A DNA stretch of 64,000 nucleotides from Octopus vulgaris (GCA_951406725.2 OX597831.1:6448001-6512000), one strand, 5' to 3'; counted from the stretch's first letter, positions 26,831 to 42,120 are shown. Notes: a model not told the origin generated them from the letters alone. A program made the numbers and translations.

Positions 26831-27879
26831 CACCAAACAAATAAGGAGATCTCACTACTTTAAGACATGCACTCTAGGTTTGCTTCCACAACTAGAATTT
26901 CTCCTAAACATCTAGAGCCAGCAATAACAGCTAAGTCATCAAAATATATATTCTTTTGTGTTCTAGCAACATATCTATATAAACCTAGCTTATACACTAA
27001 ACAAGCTTTCTTCTGGATTATATAGGCTAATGTTATAAATCTTTCTGTAACTTTCAGCAACCTGATACCTTGATAGTCTCCTCTTTGCTGTGCCTCTCAT
27101 ATGCCCTTGTAACAGTTGATAATAATGACAACACCCTGATGGCAAACTTGTAACCTAATCAGCCAGAAATTTTAAGCATCTCAGAAGTAATTACTAAGGG
27201 ACCTTGTCTTAACTTTAATTGGCCACCTTATGTCTTTCACATTCCCTCTTTAATTGATTCAACAGGATCTAACAAGTCAAAGGACCATATATTACTCTAA
27301 GTTCTCGATTTTGACATGCTTTCTTTGATTGGATACCCTTCCTAATGCCAACCACTTTAGAGAGTGAACAGAGTGCTTTTCATGTGGCACCAACATTAAT
27401 GTGGTTGCCTCGTAATTTGCCAGTGTAAAGAGTCCTCGACTGAGAGAAAGAATTATAGAGATGGCCTTGTGTGAAGTGTTGATGAGGTTAAGTATGACGG
27501 GAGGGATGATGGTTACATGTTTGTTGCTGTGGTGGATGGCGTTCAGGATACCTTCATTATGTGAGTGGTAAGGGATGGAACCAGAGGGAGAGATAATGTG
27601 ATGGTGAGATGCCTAGGTGCAGTGAATAAGAGAGTGGTGAGCAGCAGAATAACATTATAGATATAAGAGGAATGAGGGAATAGTGGTGGATGGGGCAGAG
27701 TAAAAGACAGAGAAATAGGAGTAAAGGTGGCCAGAAGTGAATATAGGGATGTACAATGATCAATATGAGGTGGAAGGCATTGTGTTGATGAGGGATTGAT
27801 GTCAATGGGAAATGGCTCAGAGGATCTTTCTTGTGGTACAGAAAGAGTGACGATATAGCAAAAATAGATCTTTTTTCTG

Positions 27880-28480
27880 GCACCACATATCACCAATCAA
27901 CTAAGTCCTTTGTCATTCACTCCATAAAGCTCAACATTCTGAGCTTGGCCCTCAATCACTTTATCTTCCTGGATTTCCTTCTCTCATAGGGCCGGCCCAT
28001 TGTAAGCAATCTGCATTTCTTTACGTATGATGCCCTTATCCATACGCATCGCTTGTTTATACCAATGCAGTCTCCTCTTGCACACAATGTCCGATTCCTC
28101 TTATGCCTAGCTTTTCTCTCAACACATATTGTCATTCATTCACACTAACATATGACAGCCAGCAAAGCATGCTTGCTTCACATCTTGCACAAGTCTTCTA
28201 CATACAGGGCACACATAATGCTACCACATGTAACATTATATACAAGCATCATAGTCTGCCTTTCACTCTGAAAGAGAAACCTTTGGTTACCTACAGCAGT
28301 AACAGCTCCCTGAACTTTGTCCGGTCGTTCTTACTCCAGCTGCTATGCTTTCAAAACATTCTATAATGTTAATTAGGTCAACGAGGTAACAGAAGCTATC
28401 TACTACCTCAAAGGTGCCTCCTAGGCATTTGATAAACCTATTTTCTACGCATTGTTAGTCTTTTGTGCATCGCCACATAC
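27880..28480 (-). mobile_element. RTE family 1, decayed ORF fragment
   Basis: Colinear with parts of 47570-48110 (ctgcctttcactctgaaagagaaacc, aatgcagtctcctcttgcac). Confidence 0.6.
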
Positions 28481-28482
28481 TT

Positions 28483-28532
<50 letters not shown>

Positions 28533-29296
28533 CCTCACATTAGTGAATAGTGATTCTTTGATAGTACCTGGGCAATACTAGATACTGCCACTGGTATACT
28601 TATGCATACACACAAATTTTATTTATTATATATCAACATGTAAAGAGATATAAATGAAAGAGGGAGAGAGATGTGTGTAGAGATTGCATCAAACTATTTG
28701 CAATCAATACTTCACCTTTCCTGTATTCCCCTACCACCAATCCCCTCTAGATCACTTCTCTCTCTCCCATTATTCGTCACCTACTCACGCTTTTGCCTAC
28801 CTTTTATTATTGCATGTCACCACCCCCCTGCTGCCTGACTCCCCCAATACCTACCTCTACCTTCCACACACCCTTTCTGGCCTTCTGCCTGTCATTCTTC
28901 TCATCAATCACAATACCTGGCCAAAAGTAAGTTTTAGGTTACTCAGTAACCTTTACGCTTAACTGTATACAAACACTCCACCTTTGATATTCTGGTGCCA
29001 TGATGAAAAACATCACTCAACCACTTGTTCGTCCTTCTACGAGGACTGACAAGCAAGCTGAGAAAGCAGGGCTGGGAGATGTTACTTCTATCTCACATAG
29101 GACCTGACAACCTTCCTAGTGCTCGTTCTACAAAACAAATACACCCTGTGTGCACAATGAAATGTATAGTCAAACAAGAAAGCATAAAGTTGTGAAGTTG
29201 CTTTAATCCTGCCTCAACAAGGATTTGACTTGTACTGGTGCCATGAAAAAAAATGCACCAAGGACACTATAAAATGACTGGCAGTAAGAAGGGCAT

Positions 29297-29380
29297 CCAG
29301 CCACAGAAGCCAAGCCAAAATGACACATATGAACACCAGCCTCAGAAGCCAAGCCAAAATGACACAAATGAACACCAGCC
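29297..29380 (+). repeat. 39-bp tandem duplication inside an RTE 3' remnant
   Basis: ccagcc(a/t)cagaagccaagccaaaatgacaca(t/a)atgaaca occurs twice. Confidence 0.85.
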
Positions 29381-29539
29381 TATGATAGCAATGGTCCCAA
29401 TTAAGACTTGGATTACGAAAACCTGTCCAACTCAGTATGGAAACACACAGAAGATGCACCAAGCAACCAAGAATAAAACATGTCAAACAGAACAAGCAAC
29501 ATACTCCTGATGCAACCACAGAAGCGAGTGCATGCTTGG

Positions 29540-29830
29540 CTTAGGTAGCTCCCGTTTGTGACCACCCAACAAGAGATATAGCAGCTCAAATTATGAGGTC
29601 ACAGATTGGAGAGGAAGAGTGTGACGTGTATATGAAAATTGTTAGTCAGGCCTTAGATTAAGGAGATTAAGGAGTGTTTGTATGGTTAATGTGCCTAGCA
29701 CCTTGATACAGGCAGCAACGTTGATTTTGATGGAAATAAAATGAAGCAACATTAGACGGCCTTCACTACTCACAATCTCCAGGATTATCAGAGATGATGA
29801 GAAGGGTTTGCATCACTGGACATTGCTCTT
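29540..29830 (-). mobile_element. Decayed Tc1/mariner-superfamily transposase fragment
   Basis: Minus frame SSLIILEIVSSEGRLMLLHF..KINVAACIKVL resembles the MVLGVVSSEGHVMPPHFF..VNAAAYIEVL segment of maT/DD37D-like transposases. A weak WPP-like remnant lies downstream. Confidence 0.45.
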
Positions 29831-30729
29831 CTGTTTATCTTCTGGTATGGTCAGTGTTGGTGTCTGATAAGAACCAGTGAATGACAGGGCTCTCCAAGGG
29901 CTTGAGCTTGATCAGCAAACTCTTTCAACAAAGCATGCAGTGGGTCCAGTGCTTTTTCAACGAGAAAGGCTATCTCAATATCACACAGGACTTGTATCTA
30001 ATGTTATCAAACACCACATATCTAATAGTGAACCAGTCATTAGGAATGACCCTTTCCTGTACCAGCAGCAGTCATATCCCACCAGTTATTTTCAGCATCC
30101 CTGCAAATGTTCCGGACAGGGTGACCGCTTGTCTCTATATCCTTAATGGCCATGTTTTTCTTATAGCTGTCAATTTCAACAACCAGTCTCTCTGATGTCT
30201 TCTCAGCTAAATGACTCACTATAGAATTGGATATCCTTGTGCATGAAATTAAGCTGATAGAAACTGTGTGGAAGTCATTGGATAGGCTGTACAGTGAAAG
30301 GCCTAGCCTTATGCTGGTTCTACTTGAGCATTCTGTAACTTTGGCTGAGTTTGAACTCAGAGCATGAGTTTGGAAGAAACACTGCTAGGCATTTTGTCTG
30401 ATGCTCTAACAGTTCTACCAGGTTGCTGCCTTAGTAGATATCAATGTGTGTGTGCACATGCAAACCTATGCAGAAGGCATACAAACATAGCAAATTTAAC
30501 TATTTTTCCATAAAATTTTTTTTAAATGATCAGCTTTATTGGGTTTTCATCATCATCATCAGGTGCCTACATCATTTGACCAATCCCAGAGAAATAAGCA
30601 GCCAACAAAAATAAAGGTCCGTTTCACTCCCACTAAATCACACCAACTGGAAAGGCAACTGCATCAATGAAGAAGTAAATTAACTCACCTGTTGGTTCAT
30701 CCATCCACACCGAAGTATACGACAGGGAG

Positions 30730-30760
<31 letters not shown>

Positions 30761-32890
30761 GAGGACAATGAGAGCTATTCAATGTTAACTGATACACGAT
30801 TGCTCAACCTAATGAGGACAGAAACTAAATCTCTCACAATCACACTGTTCTCTATAAAGATAATATCAAACAATATCCTTCCTGATCTGCAAAATGAAAG
30901 GAGAGTTTAAGACTGGAGCATTTTTCACAATGGTTTTTGTTCCTCTACAACTGATCTGGGAACAGTGTGGACACTTGGTTTGTTAGATAAAGTAGCCAAG
31001 TTTTTACCCTCAAATCACAGCTAATGTCTTAAATTAGCAAAGAACACGTGTGTACAAATGTTCATTTCTCAGACAAGAATGGGTCTGGATGAGGAGTTAT
31101 TTTAAGGCAGGATTTTATGGCACGTATACATACATGCATACATACATACATACACAGCATTTTCCAGATGAGATTACATAAGCAGTGTCCATAGAGACCG
31201 AGGATAAAAGGACAATTAAAAGCAAGTTCTCAAATAACTGCAAAGTCAAATGTTGCATACACATGCAAAATTATGAATATCATAATCATCATTTAACATT
31301 GGTTTTCACTGCTGGTGTGGGTTGGGCGACAGTCTGACAGGATCCAGTGATTCGCATGACTGCATCAAGCTTCAACATCAGCACAACATTAATAGAGAAA
31401 TTTTATGGACACATTTCACTCATCTTTACTATTTATTGTTCAATGCAGGGGTAGGCTTTGCTGGTCACTGCCATCATGTCGGACAACAGGCCATATCAGA
31501 CATTATATTTTGGAGTCTTCCACAGTAAGACCACTTAACTACATTGATATTATTAGTAGAAACACAACATGAATTTGAAGATCTACCAAAACTACTAAGG
31601 GGGCAAAGACGACTGGCAGAAAAGAAAAAAAATCTACTCATAGAATACCTACAATGATTTTATAGTTTCAGTCATTCAACAGTATCCACACGGAAGTAAT
31701 GGACAAAGAATATAATGAGTTATACCAATCTGATACTTGACTGCTGACTTATTCCATCAACTTAGGCAGAAAAAAAAAAATTTCAACTTCACCAAATACT
31801 ACAACTGACTCCTGTTTTTTTCCCATGTCTTTTTTACCTCTTCACCAACTGGAAATCATAGTAGTTGATCAACAGGTTTACACTGGATGCATTATCCATC
31901 AATATCACATGGTCAATCCCACAGGATTACTGTTGCAGCATCCCCAACCTGAGCATCTTCTATTAAGCCTCTAAGTTTTTCCTTTTTCTCCACTTGATAC
32001 ATCAGACTCATTAATTCTAGGAAGATCAGATCTAAGTAATTTGTTCTCCAGCCACAACACCTTGTCTTCACCTCTCTATCAGGAATATATTTCCAACATA
32101 TGCACTATGTGTGTGTGTGTATGCACGTGCATGTACATTCGTAAAAGGTACATCATTTTGCTATCAAGACAAGAATTAACAGGAATTTTCTTTTACCAGT
32201 ACTTCAGTGATTTCAAAACCCAGTAAGTAAATATCTATGTCGGGTGATTTTCTTGATCTAATAATCAGATGCCCCTACAATCATTAACTGGAGAAATTGG
32301 TCTTAAGTCTTAAATCATTAGGTAAGCCTCACAGTTAAGAGTAAAATGTAAATCGATCAGTAAAGTTTGACTCCCACATCACCATCATCATTTAACATTC
32401 ATTTTCCATGCTGGCATGAGTACGAGATTCTCCGACAGGACCCAGTAAGCTGCTATGGTTCAATGTCAGCTTTGGCATAATTTCTACAGCTGCAAGCCCT
32501 TCTTAATGTCACCTATCTTATTGACATCGAGTTGGCTACTAAATGCTGAAATAGACCTGTCAACAACAACAACAGAAACTAGATAAAACAATATATAAAC
32601 CATTACAATATCTTGTGATCTTTCAACTTTGGCTGAACATTCTGAACATCGTTTTAGACATGACCATCCTGTTTTTTTTTTTATATGGGATGTGTGGAAC
32701 AATTTTGGGCAAAATAAAACAAGTAATCTAAAATGGCAGCTTGTCAGTCCCCCTCATGGTGCCAGTGGGCAAAGTCAAAAAGCCACTGACTTACAGGGCT
32801 TACACTTGCAGATAGCTCCATCACCATCATCAGTTTTTAAATGTTATTTAAGAATATTGGTAAGCTGTGTGTGTGTGTGTGTGTGTGTGT

Positions 32891-33560
32891 ATCATCCTTT
32901 AATGTCCATTTTCCATGCTGGCATCGGTTGGACAGTTTGACTGAAAACTGGTAAGCCAGGGAGCTGTTCCAGTCTGAATTTGCAAGGTTTCTACGGCTGG
33001 ATGCTCTTCCAAACGCCAACCACTCCATGAGTGTAGTGGGTGTTTTTTTTACATACCACTAGCATGGGTGCCATAGACCTGACACCAGCCACAACTGTGG
33101 TCTCACATGTCTTCACAGGTCTTCTCAAGCACAGCTTATCGCCAAAGGTCTCAGTTGCTTGACATTGCTTCTGTGAGGCCCAACATTAGGAGATCGTGCT
33201 TCACCAACTCACCCCATGTTTTCCTGGATCTATCTCTTCCACAGATTCCCTCCACCATTAGACTGCAACAATCCTTCATGCAGCTGTCTTCGTCATATGC
33301 ATCACATGACCAGACCAGTGCAGTCATGCCTCTTGCCTAACTTTTCTCTCAGGATGCTTACACCCTGTCATGCACACACACTGACATACATCCAGCAAAG
33401 CATACTAGCTTCATTTCTTACAAGCCTATGCATGTCCTCAGCAGTCACAGCCCATGTTTCACTGCTATGTAGCATGACTGTTCATGCACAGGCATCATGG
33501 AGCTCTGCCTTTCACTCTGAACAAGAGGCCCTTTGTAACCAGCAGAGGTAGGAGCTACGA
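32891..33560 (-). mobile_element. RTE family 1, decayed ORF end plus 3'UTR
   Basis: Colinear with 46999-47945. Confidence 0.75.
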
Positions 33561-36500
33561 TAATCTATCTGAAATGCTCTAACTACATATATGATGCATT
33601 GCAGAAAACAGAATTCTGATGTTCTAACTGAACTTTAATATCCTTATTAGATCTAGTGATAATTCTAAATACTTGTAGATAGGATAACCATCTTCCACAC
33701 TATTGCATCAACTTGCTTGTGTACAAGACATTTCAATACAATCCACACTAATCAAGATCAAGAAATGTAACACCCATATCTATTTGATATTCTAACAAAC
33801 TAAACTGTATACTGCTCAGTTACAATCAATTCTGCTTCACTTACAACAAGCTTAACCCGATTCAACCACTCATATAAACAACATCCACCTATTCTAAAAC
33901 CTAAAATCCTTTTCAATTCTTATTTTCTAATGAAAAGAAATTTGAATATTTCTCAGCAGTAATCCGTGCAGTAACACTTAAACCAATTTATTTTAACTAC
34001 TTCCCCACTCCCACTTTATATTAAACCTTTGTTTACGTTATCTAATCTTAACTGAATTACAGATTGCTGGAGATATATAAAGCTTGTTGTTAATCTCCCA
34101 GCTAAAGAAACACATTAAACTCTTATGTGTAGAAACAGTACTAACTTGACCCAAGTTTATGAAGATATTGGTCACATTTATCTCAGCTATCAGTCACAGC
34201 TCCAAAACCACTTACTCTTGCCAGGTAGAAACAGTATAAATATTGTCCCAAATTTACAGAAGGTTTTAACATGTTTTTTTTATGGAATAATCTTAGTGTT
34301 TCACAACTATTCTATCATTTAGAGACATTCCATGAAGCTCTGAAATCTCAAACTCATTATAAACATATTGAGCATTTTGAATGGTTTTGCTTTATGTTTG
34401 GATGAATTAAAATGTATTCTGCAGAAAACCTGTGAATATATGACTTATTGTAATGTTCCCTCATTTAATATGATCTGCTTGATACTGGCGTCTGTGCTAT
34501 AAGCATTAAGGTGACTCTTCAAGGTTGAAAATATATTTTATTAAAATAAGATAACAGACATTTTTTTAAATAGTTGTCGAGTTTTGATGTACAGTAAAAT
34601 ATCTAACACTTGGACATATATACTAGACAATCCAGAAAATCAACAAATCAAATAAGGTCAAGTTTTTCACCCCCAAACAAGTGTTGGAATGTAGTTGATA
34701 TTGATTTTATTGAGCAAGGGAAGATGAAAGCTTAAGTTGGCAGGTATTCAACAGACACTTCTAAGTCTTCTCATCAGCCATCTTGTTTATCATACGTCAG
34801 ATGTCCAAAAGCACCAGGGATGCCATTGTTTTTGTTTTGTTTATTTTTCTAGTTTTTTTGTTTTCCTCTGGAGAGATTAAGGAACAAAATTCATCACACG
34901 ACACCAAAAATGAAACAAAAATTGGAAATAGATAAAAGGTGGCAGGACTAGGAAGGAAGGTTGGGAAAAGTGCAAGTATTAGTAAGTTTTTCATCTATAG
35001 AACCAAGACACACTCCAGTTCAGAGTGCTGAATGTTGACTAAAGATTTCCATTGGAAAGTGATATCTTCATTCATCAACAATAACGTGAAGAAGATCAAT
35101 AGAGATATACATTTGGAACAACACAAAATAAAATGACAGAACAAAGAGAAGAGTGTATACGGGTTTCCAATGGGATTAGGTGTTGAAAGAATATGGAAAA
35201 AAAAGAAAAATCAATTCTCTTATTGTTTCATTGGAAAGTGAGTTATCTAATACATTGTTAATACAGTATTAAATAACAATGTCAAACACTTTCATACATA
35301 GATGAAGTAAAACAAATATACTAAGATGATGCACAGCAACTTCCCATCATAATTATCAAATGAACAGGACTATTTTATTAGGATTTGAAAAGCTCAAGTA
35401 GTCTGTAATAAATTGTACAGTTACTTTCAATAGATTCAGTTTAAACGACTGCAATGTCAGCAAATATATTAACCTGTATTACCTAAATATACAGAACAAT
35501 GCCATAAACATAGGATAGATAAGGGACCGTTCATTTAGTCTTTAAAATAAGGTTCCCTACTGTTTCACACACACATACTTGCAGCTTAACCTTGATATTC
35601 TTATCATCCGGCTGCAATGTCTTAACAGCTTTTTAGGCTTATCTGGTGTGAAAAGTTTGACAAACACTTTCAATTTGAGGAAACCCTAAAAGAAATAATC
35701 ACAAATCAAAATAAGTCAATGAAGGAGGCCACAACCTGTCACTCGACTGCAAAATGTGAGGAGGATTAGTAAACATTCAATAACAATGAAAGCTTTCGCT
35801 GTCAGTCTGATCAGTGATTCCATTGTGTTGAAACCAGGTTGTGTACTGAGGTCACATCTGTTCAATTCTGATTAAAGTAAGTTGCACAACATTGACACAG
35901 CAATTAGAATTCATTTTTGCTGTATTTCCAACCCTGCCAAAGAAATATGTGCCTACCACACCAAAGATTATCATCACACAATCCCACACTATTACAAGTT
36001 CACAGTGAAGGGGAACACTCATAGGGGTCATGAATCACAGTCCAATTAATGGTAGTTTTATTTATTTATGCAATCAAACAAATGAAAATAGTTTGTGATA
36101 TGCATGAAACGAGCCACCTGCTTAGACTGCAAGCAAGATCTTGGAAAATGTTTTCCAGCTTGCTATGCACATATCTAAAAAAAAAAAATGAAAATTTAAA
36201 TCAGTGCAATACAGTTTCAGGATCTGAACTTGCTCAATGTGATGCCATGATTTCTATGCATGGCAATAGGGATTATTTACAAAAGCAGGTTTTAACAGGG
36301 TCAATAGTCTCCAGTCTTTCTTTGGACATTTCACACATCAGGGGGACTAGTTCAATGCTGAACAAGTGCACCAGATATTTGAAAAGGCACTTTTCCAGGA
36401 GGATTCACATTAAAGTGCAAACAAATATTTCACTGCCTTTGTGCTAATGAATCACCACTTTAAAAAGAAAGAAAAAAATGTCTTCATGACAAAAGCACAG

Positions 36501-37135
36501 TGTCACATTGTTTCAATATGTGCTGCTCCATGTGACCAACCATGTGACAAATTGCCCCCAGCCCACTCATCCTTGTCAATCAAATTACCATCATTGCCAA
36601 ATTCCTTTTGGAACACATGTATCAAAGTAAAAAAAAATCTTAGAGAAGTAGATATTTAATCTAAATGTTAAAAGGTATTTTCACAGAAAAACAATTATTC
36701 CTGCAAAACAAATGTCTTTGGAGGAACGACAAGTTGAGATTAACAATTGAAAACGGTTTCCAAAGAGTCTAATATACAATGACATGAGAATTATCATTTG
36801 CAGTTAAATTACTCCAATTTTCAGAACCTTTACAAATTTTTCCCCTCTATTCTCATCAAATGCTATAAGCCTGAACACAATTGCTCAACTTGATAAAAAT
36901 ATCAAATCCCACCCTCAAAATCACATTCTCTCCCCCCGCCCCAGTTGGTCCTGGGAATGCCTTTCATGAGATATTCTCTAAATCAGGATGAATCCAGGGC
37001 TAAACAAGCTTTGCTGATGATTTGGCATTTGTTTATCCCATTTACCTTTTGGGGTAAATGGGATAAATGAAAGCGACTAGAAGAGGTTGAGGTAGGATAT
37101 GCATTCCGACCTCGTAAGACCCTTATCAGCAATGA

Positions 37136-37421
37136 CTAGTACTTATTCTATCAGTCTCTTTTGCTGAACCACAAAGTCATGAGGACATACACACCAACAC
37201 TGGTTGTTGAGCTGTAATTGGAGGGGGGGGACACAAAGACACACACACACATATATATATATGTCCAACCAATGCTAGCATGGAAAACAGATGTTAGACG
37301 ATGATGATTATATATATATATATGATAGGCTTCTTTCAGTTTCTGTCTACCAAATCTACTCACAAGGCTTTGGTCGGACTGAGGCTATAGCAGAAGCCAC
37401 TTGCCCAAGGTGCCACACAAT
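37136..37421 (-). mobile_element. SINE family A, partial, with an RTE 3' tail (37262-37308, +) inside its microsatellite
   Basis: Reverse-complement match to family A; gtccaaccaatgctagcatggaaaacagatgttagacgatgatg is embedded. Confidence 0.75.
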
Positions 37422-37693
37422 GTTTATTTTTATTCTTAGAAAACAAATTTAGGATAAAACACTAAATGTGCACAAAATATTACTATTGACTATTAACACC
37501 AACATTAATTATAACCATTTAATATAATTGGTATCAAAGTAAGGTAACGAGTATTAACCACTCAATATCAATTACTATAAAAAAATATAGAAAACAGCCA
37601 ACAAATGGGGTTTTTTCAAAAAATTCTCGTAACTATTAAACTACTGCAGGTCAAAATACTTCATAATTTGAACTCAATGATCATAAAAAATAA

Positions 37694-38060
37694 GGCGTAG
37701 GCGTGGCTGTGTGGTAAGTAGCTTGCTTACCAACCACATGGCCCCTTGGGCAAGTGTCTTCTGCTATAGCCTCGGGCCGACCAAAGCCTTGTGAGTGGAT
37801 TTGGTAGATGGAAACTGAAACAAGCCGGTCGTGCGTGTGTGTGTGTGTGTGTGTATCTGTGTTTGTCCCCCCAACATTGCTTGACAACTGATGCTGGTGT
37901 GTTTATGTCCCCGTAACTTAGCAGTTCGGCAAAAGAGACCGATAAAATAAGTACTAGGCTTACAAAGAATAAGTCCTGGGGTCGATTTGCTCGACTAAAG
38001 GCGGTGCTCCAGCATGGCCACAGTCAAATGACTGAAACAAGTAAAAGAGAGTGAAAGAGT
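37694..38060 (+). mobile_element. SINE family A (B-box region deleted)
   Basis: Colinear with 7246-7663 except for loss of ttccgggttcagtcccactgcgt. Confidence 0.85.
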
Positions 38061-39780
38061 ATGTTTGATCTTTATATTTAGTCACACACACAAATATATT
38101 TTTGAAATCCAAAAAGAATCTATATAAAGTCATTATGTATAAATCTAATAATAATCAAACAACTTGCGTTAATAAATCTTAATTTGTGTTAATTTATGCA
38201 GAAATTAACAGCAGCAGTAGACAGTATAGTAATAAATGCAAGAATGAGAAGAAGCATATCATAAACAGCTACATTTTGTGACAATTACCATAGGACACAA
38301 AAACCATTGCGGGGGGGAAAGGTACAAATAATGATACAATTATATAAAGGAAGCAAAGTAGTTATAAGGGAATATGAAAGGGAAAGTGATAATTCCCTTT
38401 TCTGTCAAGCTAAAAGAGTTGTGGATCTATAGGAAGTCGTGTGATAATTGAAATCCTGGAAATATGCAAAACCATCGTCAAATAGCAGGGTGGGCAGGAG
38501 TAGCAGGAGTTACTTGCTCAGCTAATTACATTATAGATGAAAGTAGTATTCTCTATTATTGGCATATTAGTAACATTTAGAGAAGCAAAAATACAGAAGA
38601 CTAATTAGATTAATATTGATGAATGCAATTTTAGATTTTTTTTTTTTTTTTTTTTTTTTTTACTTCAGTAAAAATCCAGACATAGTTCTTAAGAAACATC
38701 TGCCAGTAATTAAATAAGAAAATATATTTAGCTATCCTACATACTTGGCCTGAAAAAATAAATGTCGTTTAGGTATAATGTTTTGGAAGAAATTTGGGTA
38801 TAAATGTTTGAGAGCTTAGAAAGGCACAAGAAGACCAGACTAACATCTGGATTAGCAACAATGAAAACCAAAATATGAAAAAAAAAAAAAAAAAAAATGC
38901 TTGAAGTAAATGTCTTCTCTTCAATCATGTGGACGTTTGTCTAGGCATAAGATAATTGAATTTTCATGAAATCAATCCAGAAAGTCTCAAAGATTTATAA
39001 CCAAAAAGGGAATTATTGCAAGAAATATATCTCTCTAACTCAAAATCAGAAGAACATATATATGTGTGCTTTGTTTAAAAAGAGAATACATTGCCAAAAT
39101 TCTGACAGTGAAACCAACCAATCACAAAAAAAAAAGAAAAAGGAAAAAAGAAAAGGCAGCAGCAAGAGCCCAGGCTGACAACAAACCAACACTGAATTAC
39201 ATTAAATTTAACTGAAAGCTTCATAGTTTTATAGATTATGATACAAGTAGTGCTTAATTTGATTATCTAATTTGTACTAAAGAAGCCACCGATAGCATAG
39301 AGCAAAGTGCATAGAACACATTGTATTAAAAATAATACTCTTCCAGTTCAAGCGCTAGTCTGCGATATTTTAGGAGTGCAAAGCTGTTTGTCAGTAAAAT
39401 ATGCTTAATGAGAGCAAAACTGCAATATCCGGGAAGAAATAAGCTATTTAACAACAAATAGTTTAAGCACCATTAGGTATAATGGGCTTGGTGTGTGAGT
39501 GTTAGCAACAATGTGTGAAACTCTGGTTGTCAAAACTTCAAGGCAAAGTTAAAATAAAATCTGTACACAATCATTGAGGATTAAGCAAGGATTTGTTAAA
39601 TGCAATATGTAAGACAAAGGGTCAAAATGTAATTTTAGTTCAGGCTGCTGCAAGAAATAGAAACTAAAACACAGTGCACAGAATATCTAGCTAAAGTTTC
39701 ATGACTAGTCTGTTAGTAAAACATCTTTATAATTATATTGCTTATTATATATGTTTAGTGAGAACATTTTGGCAGTTTTA

Positions 39781-40118
39781 CATCATCATCATCGTTTAAC
39801 ATCCGCTTTCCATGCTAGCATGGGTCGGACGAATGACTGAGGGCTGGCGAACCAGATGGCTGCACCAGGCTTCAATCTTGATCTGGCAGAGCTTCTACAG
39901 CTGGATGCCCTTCCTAACGCCAACCACTCCGAGAGTGTAGTGGGTGCTTTTACATGCCAGTCAGGCGGCACTGGCAACGACCTCGCTCGAATCTTTTACA
40001 CATGCCACTGGTACAGGTGCCAGTAAGGCGATGCCGGTAACGATCACACTCGAATGGTGCCTTTTATGTACCACCGGCATGGAGGCCAGACAGCAGCTCT
40101 GGCAACGATCACACTCGG
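39781..40118 (-). mobile_element. RTE family 1, 3' end
   Basis: (CAT)n tail and conserved module; includes part of the UTR subrepeat. Confidence 0.8.
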
Positions 40119-40142
40119 TCTAATACAAACTTGGTTAATTAA

Positions 40143-40349
40143 TCTTTTTAGATATCAACCTGCCAGAGACTGCCCCTGAATCTATGATGTAAATTTCCTG
40201 TTTGGAAATTATCTAAATTAAAACCTTCTCCCATCAATATTTCCTGTTGGTTTCCTGTTCTAAGCATCAACTTAATGACAAAGTTATTTTAGTAAATTTT
40301 TCATTTAAAAAATTCAAACAAAAGGCAGTATACTTCAGTAACGAAAGGG
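40143..40349. mobile_element. Diverged piggyBac-type MITE
   Basis: Right end cagtaacgaaaggg|TTAA is intact; left end is decayed; interior loosely matches 25855-26074. Confidence 0.6.
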
Positions 40350-41789
40350 TTAATAGTCAAACTGGATAACTTACTAAACTACCAACTCAGAAGTCCATGG
40401 ATTTACTACAAGTGTACTTTTGCTTGTTCAAGAATGACAATTCTGTGTCTAGTTTTAACAAACTGTCGGGATTAGGACCAAAGAGAGGAGGTTGACAGGT
40501 GTGATGTCCTAATATAAGTGTACTCAGACTCAGATGTGCATATGTCTAGAAATACACGAGATATTATTGGGGTATGCAAGGTTTGTAATTTTCAAGTAAT
40601 CACAATCAAGTAGATGAAACTCACATCAAGACAATGGGCAAAGAGCAGTTATCTACTTATTATGAACTCCAATTTCATACAAGAATATCAACTGAGAATG
40701 ATATAGGAATGTACCTCTGTGGAAACTATGCCTAGTATTAAGTGACTTATTAAAAAGAACCAAACTCATCCACTTCAGAAAATATTTAATATTAAATGAA
40801 ACTGATTTCTTCCGATATGCATAAGACCAGAAATTGGGAGAAAGGACACAATCAATTATATCAAGTCCAGTACTTCACTGGTACTCTATTGATCCAAAAA
40901 GGTTGAAATGCAAAGTTGACCATGGTGGAATGTGAAATGTTTAAATCAAATTAATTAAATAATACATGTCTATTTACTGTTCTGTGGTATTCAACCATTT
41001 TACACTAAATATTCCTTCATATGGAGTATACCAAAAACTGCCAGACATGATGTGGGGGAGGAGAAAAAAAACTGAGAATACCAGTCCCACCCAGTAAGAG
41101 AAAAAGAGATTTATCTCGCAGCAAATACCATGAAATTAGAGCATAGCAACTTTTCTTTATTCCTTAAACTGCTTTGACAAGAATTTACTTAAGTGAAATG
41201 AACATGGACACATGATTGTAGGTCAGTTTACTAGCAAACATTTGACCTAGATATAGTGTTCACTATCTGCTCAGCTCTTGATCAAGTCTATTGACTGTTA
41301 AATTCCTGGAAAAGTAAATTTGTGTCAAACAACATATTTAGAAAAATAATTCACTTGTAAACTGTTCAGTGATTGCCAGTTAAGGACCAAACTTATTTGA
41401 AACACATAGGCATTCCAATGCATTGAGTTCTATTACAATTCACAACTGACAAACAACGTACAGAACTGAGCAGAGTTCAGCCAATGTCATTCACTACCAA
41501 CTGGACTCTTCATAGTAAACTGAGAGAAAGTCTAAAACTTAACCCAAAACAAACAACTGTGGATAATTGTCTTTCTTTTTTCCAAGTATCAGAAACCTAC
41601 AAATTGAGTGTGTAATTAATTCTTAATCCTCATAGACTTGTTCAAACTAAAATTTCAACTATATCTTTGAAATCTTTACCTGTAACTCTTCTACTGTAAT
41701 TTAAGAGAAAATGATATTTAAATCCCTGCTAAAAGTCTTCTGTATTTCTAAGAGCATTGGAGCATCGGGTAAATCACCCTCAGATATAC

Positions 41790-42120
41790 ATTTCATTGAA
41801 AGCCAACCTCAAAATGCTGAGCCTTATGAGGGAAATGACAGAGGAGCAAGATATGGTGCATTGCTGCACTCAAGAAGACCCGCCCACTACAACAGAATTG
41901 AAATCCAAAAACCAAGGTGCCAAGTAAAAAGCATTGGTGTAGGTGCTGGTGCCACATAAAAAGCACCCAGTACATTCTGTAAAGTGGTTTGCGCTAAGAA
42001 AGGTATCCAGCTGTAGAAAGCAAGCTAAATCAGTCTATGGAACCCCAAGTGACCCCTGGTCTTGCCAGTTCCTGTCAAGCCAACCAACCAGCATGGAAAA
42101 TGGATGTCAAATGTTGATGA
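41790..42120 (+). mobile_element. RTE family 1, decayed 3' end
   Basis: gtgctggtgccacataaaaagcacccagtaca...gtatccagctgtagaaa. Confidence 0.65.

Noticed and set aside
35515-36625. Possible old mariner/Tc1 relic (TIR-like ends)
   Set aside because: No recognisable transposase motif could be read, and the two ends do not match each other convincingly.
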